A model generated the notes under the pieces. The model was not told the DNA's origin. It saw only the letters and a list, made by a program, of their open reading frames with translations, and did not search any database. The position numbers and the translations under genes were made by a program. DNA of 61,984 bases, filler included, from Vannella sp. (taxonomy: Eukaryota), in assembly GCA_023345925.1 (NCBI GenBank). It is 7 parts of 7 records of this genome, joined end to end, with 100 filler letters (N's around TTAATTAATTAA, not from the genome) between each part and the next. Parts side by side here need not be neighbours in the genome. Positions count along the whole stretch, not along the records: positions 33,858 to 44,938 come from JAJQQN010000574.1; positions 45,039 to 48,467 come from JAJQQN010000311.1; positions 48,568 to 52,946 come from JAJQQN010001123.1; 4 more parts are not named here. One strand, given 5' to 3'. Positions 38,780-50,195 of this stretch are shown here, one piece after another (positions within the stretch are counted from its first letter, which is position 1; each line of letters begins with the position of its first letter).

Positions 38780-38837
38780 CCCCCAGCGACTCACCAATGG
38801 ACCAAACCCTGTCTTTCCCTCATTCCTTAACGAGCTG

Positions 38838-40935
38838 ATGGCTGTGGACATCGACGAGTACGGGCCAGGCGGGGTGGCGCAGCCGATCGAGTCCTTCTCC
38901 TTGTCTACGACGCCAGCAGCGATCCTGGCGATGTTATACGTGTTGCTATGTGCACTTGCTGTGTGTAAGGACTTGCTGCCGCGCCTGTACCGTTGGAAGA
39001 GACAGAAGTCATACAAACCGCGCTTGATGGTGCTTTTCGCCCTCATTGCGCTCTCTACAGGCAGTAAGAAGCGTTCAACGACTCCAAGGGATGGTATAGA
39101 AGAGGCATACACTAATAGGGGGTCAGTACGGGCCATCTACTTCTTCACAATCGCTATTGGGGGCAACTGGAATCTGGAACACGCGACAATCGCCCTCTAC
39201 ACGATGTGGTGGTTCCCAGAGACTGTTCTACTCATCAACTACATCACAGTAGTGTATTTCTGGTACGAGCCAGGGGGAAAGGCTCCAATCTAGGGACTAA
39301 AGAGCCAACAGGGCGGAGGTTTACTCGAAGAAACGTGGAAGCAACGTCTTCTCCTTCCAACACTTCCGTTCACAAGTAGCTTGGGGCCAGGTCTTCATGT
39401 CTATCACCATCTTCTTCCTCCAGGTGCTCCTTACCATCGGATTGGCCATTTCGCCGGTCAATTCTCAGGCGACTTGGTTAGTCATTGACACGATGTTAGT
39501 GGGCGTCAATTCATTCTTTTTGGCCATCTTTCCTTTCACGATTGGGCTACAAATCAAGTTCATGTCTCACTTAAGCAACCCCGAACTCACTTCGTTCTTC
39601 CGGAAGATCTCGTTTGTCATGGCCGTTTGGACGATTGGGCGCTTGGCAAGGGTGTTTGATGTATTTTCTAGTGTTCCTGTATGGGCTACTTGGAGTACAC
39701 AGTTTGCTTTGACCAACTGGTACTGGCTTTACATCGCTGCGCTCTATTTAGTGATGGAAATCATCCCTCAGGCGACGATGCTGCTCAGTAGCGTCAGCTC
39801 TCTAGTGGATAACATGGAGAACCCGAAGAACCTCAAGGTTTTGGACCGGAAGCGTGCCTTAGCGGTTTTGAAGCAGAGAGTGAAGGACTATTTGGTGGCC
39901 ACGGAGGAATGGGACCAAGAGGGAGGCCTTTTAGGGAAGGGCATCTATTCAAATGTTTATTCAGGAGTGCTGAGGAACGAACGGGTGGCTATCAAGTTCT
40001 TTATCAAGGTTTTACAGAGAGAGGTGGAGCCATTGGAGTCTTTTTGTCGAGAAATTGTTGTTCTGAGTACTTTGGATCATCCCAACGTCGTCAAGCTCAA
40101 GGGAGTTCATGTTGCTCTGGATGATCATATTTACATGTTCATGGAGCTGGCCCAAAGAGGGAGTCTCAGCACTGTACTTCAAAGAGATTCCGCAAACATT
40201 TCTTCTGAGCAGAAGATCAAATGGGCCTTGGAGATAGCAAATGGCATGGTAAATACCACCCTTACCAACATTAACATTAGAAAATAACCATTCATTGCAG
40301 AAATACCTCCACAGCAATCGAATAATCCACCGCGACCTCAAGTCAGATAACATTTTGGTGTTCGAATGTTTTACCTCGAAGATTTGCGGTAAGACCAGGT
40401 TGAATGCTCGTTTTCTAGGTTGCTGAGCTTTAAGCAGATTTTGGAGTCACCGCAATGCAATCAGATTCTCTTCGTGGGACTGTCGGGACTGACTACTGGA
40501 TGGCACCAGAGAGTGAGGAAATTCCTTCCCAACTTCAGAAGCTCACCATTAGTAGTGATAAGAGGAGAGAAATATGATTCAAAAGTGGATGTATACTCTT
40601 ATGGATGCAGTAAGTGCCCTCTCTTTGCAACAATATTGTTTCTAAGCACACTCCCAGTCCTCTATGAAATCTTGACCGGAGAACGGATGGGTACCACCCC
40701 AGGAGATCTTCTAACGCCCTGTTCATATCAGGGTTTCCTACAAGAAGGTCCCGATATCCTATTACGGACAATGCGTTGCTGCCTCGAACCCATTCCGGAC
40801 GACCGCCCAGATTTTGAGGAAATTGTTTCCCTTCTCTCCAAGAGCCACCAATCCCCATCCCAATCCCCGTCTCTTTCCTTTTCCTCTCATCTTGAGCGTC
40901 ATTTGATTGATGAGCCGTCAATCAACGCTCTCTAG
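38838..40935 (+). CDS. Seven-transmembrane domain fused to a TKL-type protein kinase
   Basis: Seven hydrophobic helices, then LGKG, VAIK, HPNVV, HRDLKSDN, an intron-split DFG, GT..WMAPE and DVYSYG. Confidence 0.88.
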
Positions 40936-41073
40936 TGACTGGTGGAACCACCTTTGGGATGTTCCCGCCCCCTGTTTGGTGTAAATTTGTCGTTTCCTTC
41001 AATCCTCTGTGGCGGAAGGCATTAGGGTGTTTCCTAAGACAAAGAGAGTTTGGCGGAAGGGTTTAGAAGAGGA

Positions 41074-44000
41074 TTAAATGCGATCTTCGCAGTGGTCGGT
41101 GACGAGATGCCGATTGCGGCGTTTGACTTGGTCAGGAGCGGTGAGTTCTTCATGCTCGGTAACCTTCTGTCTCAGTTGGTTCCAATCCAATCGACTTCCT
41201 TTGAACGCATCAGGAAAGTCAGAGTGAACAATAGCCCGGACAACATCAAAAAGCTGGCCTGAGAAGCAGGTGGTTGCATCAAGCTGTTCCACAGTATGTT
41301 CGGGAGTCCCTGATTGGCACAGGATGGTGGCGCTCTCATTCGAAAAGGATGCAAACCAAACAGCCAAGCTGGCCACCTCATTGTGGACAATGTTGTTTGA
41401 CGGGAACTGGAAAATAAGGTCCCAAAGTGCCCGTAACTGGCCTGGTTGGAGACTCTTTGGTGGTAGAAGGTCAGTTGCAAAGATGGATCGAAGCAGGCTG
41501 AGCAAAACTGAGTCATAAAGGGTGCAGCGCTTATTGACACTCGATTGAGTGACAGTCTGCACGATGGAAGAAATATGGGTAGCGCAGGCATCAACAATAA
41601 ACTGGATAGCGTTAGGAAGAGGATAAAGCAAGACTGTTTCAGTCTTGACTTCATCCTTGTTCTCTTCAGAAGAGGAATCGCTGGACTGGGAGTCTGAAGG
41701 TTCTTCAGACTGATCCGTTTCTCGGCCTTCTTGCTCTTCCTCCTTCTCATTCTCCTCTTCGCCGTCATCTTCCTCTGGAATCTCCCGAAGTCTCTTCGTT
41801 AATAAGGATTTGATGAGCACAATGTAGGCACTGGCAACCCGGTGGGTTTCAGAGGCACTGGAAACCACTTTGCTCATCAATGCAGCCAGATTCTTTGGGT
41901 CAGTAAACCAGGCCGTCAACTTATCAGCATACACAGAGCTCAAGAAGCAGTCATCAGTGAAAACGATGTCCAAGAATGCAGCTCCGGAGTCGAGAAGAGC
42001 GTCAGAATTGGACTGGCCCGAGAGAAACAGTTGCAAGACCTGAGTGCTCCACAAGAACAGCATTCGATGATGTTTTGGATACTGATAATGCACTGACTTT
42101 GTAGCAATACTGCACAAGAGTCCAGATACACTACCGACATTCATAAAGCCAACTAAGCTTAGTTCTGGGTGGGATGTCATAAAGTTTGTCATCTCTTCAG
42201 GATAAGACTCAAACAGGGCCTCCAAAGTGTCGCGACAGAATCGAAGGTTGACAGTTGTTCCGGCGGCATGTTGGAGAATTAACTGCAGGATGCCTTCAAG
42301 CAGCTCAGGTCTTTCAAAGAGAATTGGCTTGACATGGTCGTCCGTGAGCGACATGCAGGCCAATGCAGCACCGTGGGATTGCTTCATGATCTCCTCACTG
42401 GTCGCCCCGCGGTCCTGAACAACAAGCGCTTGAGTAAAGGCGCGAATGTTCTGGGTAGAGGTCACAAAAGCCAGAATCTTCGGTTCTGCCATTCGGAAGC
42501 GGCGCCACCAGTCCCCAAAGAGGTCAGCATAGAGAAACTCCGCAGTTGACTTGGGAAGGGGATCATTGGTTATGTCAAAGATCTTCTCCGGGTTGCGGAG
42601 AACCAACGCAAAGGACTTGGCGATTCGAGGCATCTTATAGCAGTATTGGAGATTCCAATCGACTGGGCGGAACACGCAGGGAGAGAACAAGACAGATAAC
42701 TCAATTTGAGTGAGAGAGTCTTCGGATGCAGAGGTGAGAGCAGCGCGATGTAAGAGCATGACGAGGAACTCGAAAAGGTTTCTGTTTGCTGGATGAAGCT
42801 CGCCCACACGCTTCTTGAAATAAGCTAAGATCTCATCTTCTGGAGGTGCTGCTTTCCCTTCCATGATGGTGTCGTGAGTGTCAAGCAAGAAGATTGGCTC
42901 TGGCAGGGATTCCAAGTAAGGGAGGAGTAAAGCTGCCACATCAGGTGCAAAGGAAGTGGAAAGGTCCAAGTCCCGAAGGTCTACATCTCATTAGAACAGT
43001 ATTCCCTTCCAAAAGGCTCACTCACGGTGATTGAAGCGGCGCCTCAAATGTCTCAACGAGCGAGATTCTCCTGCAGCACGGAATACCCGGTCCTCTGCTA
43101 ACCCTCTGTTCAAGCGGTAGGCAATAGCAAACACAATACGAGGAATTGGTGCCAGATCTCTCTCCACAACTTCGCTTACACTGAGTCCAAACACTTGTAG
43201 GACTTGTTAGTTCCATATCCAGACAGTTTGCAAGAAAAAAGCCAACCTTGGTCGTTTCTTCGGCTGATGGCATCTTCGAAGGACTTTTGCCAAGAGCGGG
43301 TCTTGGCAAAGGAAGCTGGACAGAAAGTGTAACTTTTCCCATCCACTGCAGCAACAGTGAAGACTTGCGAGTCTGGAGGCGATTAGTCTTGATGAACCCC
43401 CTCGTTTCACTCCTTAAGCAACTCACTTCCGTCTTGAGACGTAGAAAGACGGAACAGCTTTGCCCCTTTCAAGTCAAAGTGGTCTTCGTAGTTGTACGTG
43501 ACCTTGTTCATGGTGGCGGTGATGAGGCAGACGTCATTGAAAAGGATGATCCTCTTTGCATTTCCGTCATTCACGAACATCTCGCCCTCGCGCATGATCT
43601 TCCTGTTAGGAGAGGGCACCCGGAAACCACCCTACTCCCGCCTATGAGTGACTTATTGTGACATTCCGAGCTTCTGAGAACGCACCTTCGCCGGAACAAT
43701 CAAACGCCCTTCTAGGATGATCATACTTTGATTGGCAAGGGATCGTTTGAAGATGAAGTTAAGGTAAAGGCCAATCTCACGGAAGATGGCCGACGCAGCG
43801 ACCCGGAAACGGTAATCGGGGTGACTCTCTGGCGTAGAAATCATCAGCTTCTTCAGCGGGGACTTGTAAGCGAGTAGCTGCTTCATAGGCAGCTTCAAGA
43901 GCCTACGAAAGTCGCGGTAAACATGCTCTGTGTCCGTCCAGTTGGCTTTGCGGTCCTCGTCCAGCTTCAAGATGAGCGTTATGATCGGCGATTTCTCTTT

Positions 44001-44658
44001 CTTGAGCTCGTAGAAGGTTGTTTTGGAGAAGGGGATGTTGTTGACATACTTCTCGTACATCTGGAACTCAAGAACCATCTCGAACACGGCCTTAATAACT
44101 CCTTGGCAAGCGGGCCAGAGCTCATAGTAGGTCTCTATGGCCTTGGAGAAGCGGTGGTGAAGCTCGAGTACTTCTTCAACGTCAATGAAGAGGTAGCCAA
44201 GTTGCTTCAGCTTCTTCTTGTTGCCTTTGCAGAGTTCACGACAGGGAACGAGGTAGTCTTTGATGAAGAGCTCCAGCTTCTCGACATACTTCTGTTCTGT
44301 GCGCATGAGGAGGCGTAACGACTTGATTTGCATCTCCTGTTGCTTGCGGGTGCCGGAGATTCGCATGGCTCTGCGGACGAGGAAGCCTCTCGCGTGGGCT
44401 TGTAGTCTCGTGATGCATCCAACCTGCTCTTCGAGGTTGTCAGTGAATGTTACGAACTAGAGCAAGGAGGGGAGAGGTAGCCTAGCTCCTCTCGAAGGAG
44501 GACTTACTCGGCGTAACGCCCGAAAGGTTCATACGAATCGGCGCGTTTGTTCCAGCAGCAGCCGCAGTCTTTGGACCTGCCCCCAGGGCGGATGCTGTAG
44601 AGCTGATAAAGCTCCGTAAGAAGCCCTTCTTCTTCTCCTTCTCCTTCTCCTTGGGCAT
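41074..44658 (-). CDS. IQ-RhoGEF(DH)-PH-RhoGAP multidomain protein with helical SAPS-like C-terminus
   Basis: Spliced model gives IQ (LQAHARGFLVRR), DH (LMRTEQKYV..LLKLPMKQL..Y..TPESHPDY), PH (ILFNDVCL) and GAP (VFGL..IP..VFRAAG..LPEPI..LFSPCVFR). Confidence 0.8.
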
Positions 44659-44938
44659 AAGGAACGAAGAAAATGTCGCTCACAAGGCGTAAAAAAAATC
44701 AAGCCTCCCAACAAAGCCCGCCACACATTCGATTGTGTTAACGATTAAAAACCCAATCTGATCATCTGGTTCAAAACTGAGAGTAAATGGCGAACATCCG
44801 AAACTTCCATTTTCTTGGAAAAATTCATTGAATTGGTTGAATTGGATGGGAAAGAAAAGGTTTTCGGGAACCGAAAGGATGGACGGGCACTGTCCAATTG
44901 GAACTTGCGTTATTGCCACCATTTGCGGTTCTTTTCTT

Positions 44939-45038
44939 NNNNNNNNNNNNNNNNNNNNNNNNNNNNNNNNNNNNNNNNNNNNTTAATTAATTAANNNNNN
45001 NNNNNNNNNNNNNNNNNNNNNNNNNNNNNNNNNNNNNN
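44939..45038. other. Artificial contig-joining spacer
   Basis: N-TTAATTAATTAA-N, 100 nt. Confidence 0.97.
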
Positions 45039-46909
45039 CAGAGAACGCTGTCAAGTTCTTTGGTAAACTAAAGCGTCTACTACGTGAACAAAAGGCAGCC
45101 GCCGGACAGCCCACGAAGTTCACAGAGTGCAAGTTTACCATTCTCGGCTTGGGCGACAGCAACTACTCCATCTTTCAGGGCGCTCCTCGAGCACTGTATA
45201 AGAGTGTAAGTACATTTGGTCTTTTGTAAGCCTCTCCACATGCTCTGACACGCAGGGGCTGGCAGATGACTACCTTAGGAGCCACTCTTTTCCATCCTTT
45301 GGTGGAGATCGACGAGGTTAAAGGGTAAGCTGCTCTTGAGTAGGGAAGGGAGTGTGTTCTGACCTTCTTGAAGTGTTGAAGAGTTCGTGGAGAGCTGGAT
45401 CGAGTCGCTGTGGACCCCTTTGGGTGGAGCCATCCAAATGCTCCATCCAGAAGGCACCTCCCAACCCCAAGCTGATGCTTCGACTGCTACACGTCCTAAG
45501 AGAGTAGCAGTTAGGAAGGAGACCCCAAGTGTGCCTCCTAGACGCTTCCAATTCGTACCAGGACCATCAGATGGGGAGATATCTCCTTTGCAAGCGTCCT
45601 GCGGACCTTCTCGAGCAAGTGCAACCTCCAAGGTAGTACTCAAGAGAGCCAGGTGGCTCACTTCCACCGAAGCGGTCAAACAGACCATCGAACTCACTTT
45701 CGAGTTGCCGGAATCTTTTCAATTCCGGCCGGGAGACAGTTTTGGTGTTTACTGTCCCAACCGTCTTGATGTTGTCAATGAAGTGCTCCAGCGTATCGGG
45801 GAAGATGAGGCGATTCAATCCTACACGACGGAGGACCAAGCCGCCTTCCCTTCTCATCTCGAAGTGTTTCCAACAACCATCCGCCAGCTCCTTCTTTGGG
45901 TGTGTGACTTGGCCAGTGTTCCTCGGAAGAGCTTCTTGGCCATGCTCTCTTTGTATTGTAGCGACCCTGCAGATGCAGAGCGTTTGCTGCATCTGAGCAG
46001 TCTCAAAGGGAAAGATGAATATCGGGATGTGGTGGAGGCTACTCGCCCTACTTTAGCAGACTTGTTTGCTCTGTTTCCTTCCTGCAAACCACCAGCGGAC
46101 CATCTCGTCAGCTGCCTTCCTCCAATGGCGCCCAGATACTATTCTTATGCCAGTGCCCCTTCTCCCGACCGACTGGCCCGTGTGGCCTTCTCTTTAGCTG
46201 ACATTGTAACTGCAAGTGGAAAGGTCCGAAGTGGACTTTGCACTTACTGGTTGGCCAGTCTGGCCACTGAGGCAGGAATGATTGAAGCTGACAAGCACTT
46301 CCAACCCCTTGTGGAGCTCCCCGGTGCCTTTGAAGGCACTTCTGTGGAGCTACAAGCTTTCCAACAGCCCTCTTCTAAGTTTCATCTACCAGAGGATCCC
46401 GCACTCCTGCTGGCTCCGAGAATTCTCATCGGACCAGGAACTGGAGTCGCGCCCTTTATGGGATTTTTGGCCCATTTGGCCCACATTCCCGCTGACCAGC
46501 GTGGAGACACTTGGATGTTCTTTGGGTGCCGCAAGATAGCGGATGATTATCTTTATCAGGACGAATTGGAGGCTTTTGTGGCGGACGGGCTCTTGCATCT
46601 CGAGACTGCTTTCTCTCGTGAGACAGAAGAGAGGGTTTATGTTCAGCATAAGATGCTCGAACACTCTAAGAAGCTTGGCGACCTCATTGTGGACCAGAAC
46701 GCCTTCATTTACATCTGCGGGTAAGTCACTTTCTCACTGTCTTGAAGGTATTGACCTTTCCCAGGGATGCCAAAGGCATGTCCAAAGATGTCATCTCAGC
46801 AATCACCCAAATCGTCCAGGAGAAGAAAGAATGCTCACCAGCTGAAGCTGCGTCTGCCGTATCAGACCTGATGAAGAGCGACCGACTTCTTCTCGATGTT
46901 TGGGCCTAA
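45039..46909 (+). CDS. MTRR: NADPH diflavin reductase, methionine synthase reductase-like (5' truncated)
   Basis: Flavodoxin motif LGLGDSNY, PRYYSYAS, GLCT, IGPGTGVAPFMGF, FFGCR, YVQH, YICG/DA and terminal DVWA*. Confidence 0.75.
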
Positions 46910-47051
46910 TCAAGTCCAAGACCCGCCCGTCCTCCCTCCACTCGGGCAAACAGACTAAACCACTTTGAACTTATCAGATAGCAAACCAGTTTAGGTACAG
47001 AAGGCGGGAAAGCAACAGGAAACAAAAAAAGAGAGTTATTGAGTTACTGAG

Positions 47052-48191
47052 TTACGGACTTGGACTTGGATTCTCCTCGTCAGTGGGCAGTCGGAGAGTC
47101 GGCTGACCAACTTCTTCATCACCAAGCTTTGAGAGAGCGGATAGGATCGCTATCAGAGCAGGGTTGGGAGGCAAGGCGGCGACATCCTCAAGGATCTCTG
47201 CCATGAGCGAGCGCAACTTGTTCTCTGTGTATTCAAAGGAGCCAGACAATCGCATGTAATCCACAGCGTACCGTTTGATGTCGTTATCCATCGTCCTTTG
47301 CTTGAGAATGTTCAAAAGGCGACGATCGGTCGAGTTGTTGGTGATACAGTGAATCACTGGGAACGAGAACTTTCCTTCCGTTAGATCCTCGCAATAGCCC
47401 TTCTTAGCTCCGTAGTCAGTAGAAGTCAGATTGAGGTAATCATCACGGATCTGGAAGTAAAGGCCCATCTTCGTCACAAGAGGGAGGAAAGGGCGGCAAT
47501 CCACTCCTTCAGCGCGGAAAGCGCACATCAGGCGGATAGCTAAGCGGAAGAGGCCTCCCGTCTTGTCACCAACCATGCGAAGGTACTCTTCTTCGGTTGG
47601 ACAGATGTTGGAATCGCGCCAATAAATGTCAAAGCCTTGGCCATGATGAAGGCGGATCATCTCCGTTAGGAAGTGCTGAGTGGCTTTGGGGTTTCCTAAG
47701 CGAGTACACTCTTCCATGGCAGTAAAGTAAACGTAGTTGCCGCAGTTGATGGCCCATGGAACACCGTAGACGAGGTGCGCAGTGGGAATACCTCTGCGCA
47801 GAGTGGATCCGTCCTCAATATCGTCGATCCTGTTGATCGTGGGTCAGACAAGTTGATGACAAGAGCTTGAGACAGACTTACAAGAGACTGGCTGTGTGAA
47901 GCATCTGGATGATGCGGCTGATCGCCTCAACTTTGTCATGAGGAGCTCCCATCCAAACATTAAAGGCGTGAATCAGCTTGGTGCGAACAGCCTTGCCGGG
48001 GATCTGTAAGAGATAGTTGTAGGGCTCCATGACAACCTTCTCCCATGTCAGCACATTGGGGAATCTGGCTGCATGCAACACGGGGAATGATAACTCACCG
48101 AGACATTGTCATACGAAGGCGCGGGGAGCACTTCTGTCCTCCACGCGGGAGGATCAGGAAGAGCTGTGTAAGAGGAACGAAGGCCACTCAT
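47052..48191 (-). CDS. GGPS1: Geranylgeranyl diphosphate synthase
   Basis: PGKAVR, LHTASLL/IDDIEDGSTLRRG, KTGGLF, FQIRDDY and EDLTEGKFSFP motifs. Two introns. Confidence 0.95.
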
Positions 48192-48467
48192 CTAGTCCGA
48201 CAAGAAAATGACTTTCAAAGACATTTTCTTTGTCTTTCTCTGTCTGTTTCTGCGGGGAGACTCCGAAGCGTTCGCTGAATTCCAAACTTCGCCGTTCCGG
48301 TGCTCCGAACCAAAGAAAAGTCAAAGATTCCCGACATCGGTGACCACTTATGAGGAGGAGCTTTGATCGAGCTAGATTGAACTAGTCCGGTTGGTGGAAG
48401 AAGGCAAGGAAGGAAAGGATTAGAGAACCAGAGTCTGTCAGGACAATGAATGGTTGGACGAGCTTGG

Positions 48468-48567
48468 NNNNNNNNNNNNNNNNNNNNNNNNNNNNNNNNN
48501 NNNNNNNNNNNTTAATTAATTAANNNNNNNNNNNNNNNNNNNNNNNNNNNNNNNNNNNNNNNNNNNN
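48468..48567. other. Artificial contig-joining spacer
   Basis: N-TTAATTAATTAA-N, 100 nt. Confidence 0.97.
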
Positions 48568-48981
48568 CATGGCCAACTGGGGCGCTCTTCTGGGGATTTT
48601 AAGAAGCTTCAGCGAATCAAGAACATCCCTCCCATGCTTGGTGTCTCGTGCGGAATGTCTCACACTCTCGCCCTGAACGAGAGCGGCGGCGTCTGGACCT
48701 GGGGATGGGGTGGATTAGGGCAATTAGGGACGGGAAACACTTCCGATCAGCGCCAACCCGCTCTGGTCCCCTCGTTGAAAGGAATGAGCGCCCTGCTCGC
48801 TGGTGGGGACCATTCATTGGCGTTCCCACAGGAAGGCGGCCTGCTGGTCTTTGGATACAACACTTTCGGACAACTCGGAGTCAACCGCAACACCAGTCTT
48901 CCCACGCTTTGCCCTGTCCAGCCTGCTCTCCCTCATTCATTCACCAGCAGGAGCACAAAGAAGAGTGCCCGCTTCCTTTAA
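48568..48981 (+). CDS. RCC1-repeat protein, 3' part
   Basis: VSCGMSHTLAL..VWTWG..GQLGTG and AGGDHSLA..VFGYNTFGQLG repeats. Confidence 0.9.
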   Translation, partial: HGQLGRSSGDFKKLQRIKNIPPMLGVSCGMSHTLALNESGGVWTWGWGGLGQLGTGNTSDQRQPALVPSLKGMSALLAGGDHSLAFPQEGGLLVFGYNTFGQLGVNRNTSLPTLCPVQPALPHSFTSRSTKKSARFL

Positions 48982-49275
48982 GGCCCTTCTGCATGGAAGG
49001 GGCGCTTGCCATGGCAGGATGGAGAAAGGTCCAGGAAGAGCCCTCTTGAGCGAATAAAAGGAGTTGCTCTACTCGTGTAAGAGGTATTCATGTGGATGGA
49101 ATGTCTTCCCATTGTGTTATGTTGTGGCTAAAGGCCATCTTTTGGGAGACCTTGAGAAGAAAGTACTGCTCCCTGATGGACTGAAGCGAGTAGGCTATCA
49201 TAAGGGTCTTGAAGAAACTGAATTGCTTGATGATTTACCTTACCTTTAAGTCCTTAAGCTTCATCTGTCTCCTTC

Positions 49276-49743
49276 TTATTGAACATTTTCGATGGGGACC
49301 ACTTGGTCCTCCAATGACTCATGTTCGAGTGAATTTTCTTCTGTTGATTGCTCTCCGTGACTCGATGAGTTGTTCGAGAGGACATCTCCTTTTGGGAAAC
49401 CTTCTCCAAGGCTGTCAAGGGTTTCTGGAAGGTCAAGCGACGACGCCAGAGTGGCAACTCTTGCGTTCATCCTCGCGAATCTGACCACGAAGCGTTTGCT
49501 CCAGTCTTCGCCTCTCTCCTTTGCATCACGTCGCCGGGACATCTCGTTGGTAACTTCTATCTGATCGCTGATGGTGTTCAACTGTTTGAGCACCTTGGTG
49601 AACTTGTCATCCATCTTGGTGAATTTGTCATCCATCTTGGTGAACTTGTCATCCATCTTGTCATCCATCTTGGTGAACTAGTCATCCATCTTGGTATCCA
49701 AATCGGTTAATCACGAGTCAATGAGCCTCATCAGCTCGAGCAT
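49276..49743 (-). pseudogene. Heptad-repeat (MDDKFTK) coiled-coil gene with in-frame stops
   Basis: The frame reads MLELMRLIDS*LTDLDTKMDD*FTKMDDK...; TAG replaces AAG in the first repeat unit. Confidence 0.5.
49594..49695 (-). repeat. 21-bp tandem repeat (ATGGATGACAAGTTCACCAAG)
   Basis: Four units plus one 12-bp partial unit. Confidence 0.9.
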
Positions 49744-49848
49744 GCTAGAGCATCTGGACAATGGAATCTGCAGGAGGTCATAAAGGGTATCATGGCAAGG
49801 AAGGGAGGACCGACCCTTTCAAGGGAAACAGCTCTCTTCCAACCGAGA

Positions 49849-49984
49849 GGGCACGGGTGCGGAGCATCTCGACTTGGGGGAATCATAAATGAAAGATGTC
49901 TCGACTTTTTCAGAGCTCGGGCACGGGTGCGGAGCATCTCGACTTGGGGGAATCATAAATGAAAGATGTCTCGACTTTTTCAGA
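49849..49984. repeat. Perfect tandem duplication, 66 bp identical, 70-bp period
   Basis: 49849-49914 is identical to 49919-49984. Confidence 0.95.
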
Positions 49985-50195
49985 AGAAATGGCAATCCAC
50001 TAGCCAATCACAACCCTCCACGTGAGGAACCAGATACTCAGTATCTGGTTCCTTGTCTCAGATCTTCTTGTCCGTCTAGATAAACGCCTTCTCGGTTCTG
50101 CTTATAAGTTAGGTTGTGTCCATGCCCTCAAATACAGCTGCATAGGTTCTCACGGGAAACTGGTTCATGAATTCATTCACAATTGGATGCTCTGG

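Noticed and set aside
38780..39136. N-terminal extension of UFSP2 in the 608-aa ORF
   Set aside because: It is antisense to the first exons of the 7TM kinase. The ATG at 38779 is the more plausible start.
49849..49984. CRISPR array
   Set aside because: Only two 66-bp copies with a 4-nt gap, no spacers, no cas genes, and a eukaryotic context.
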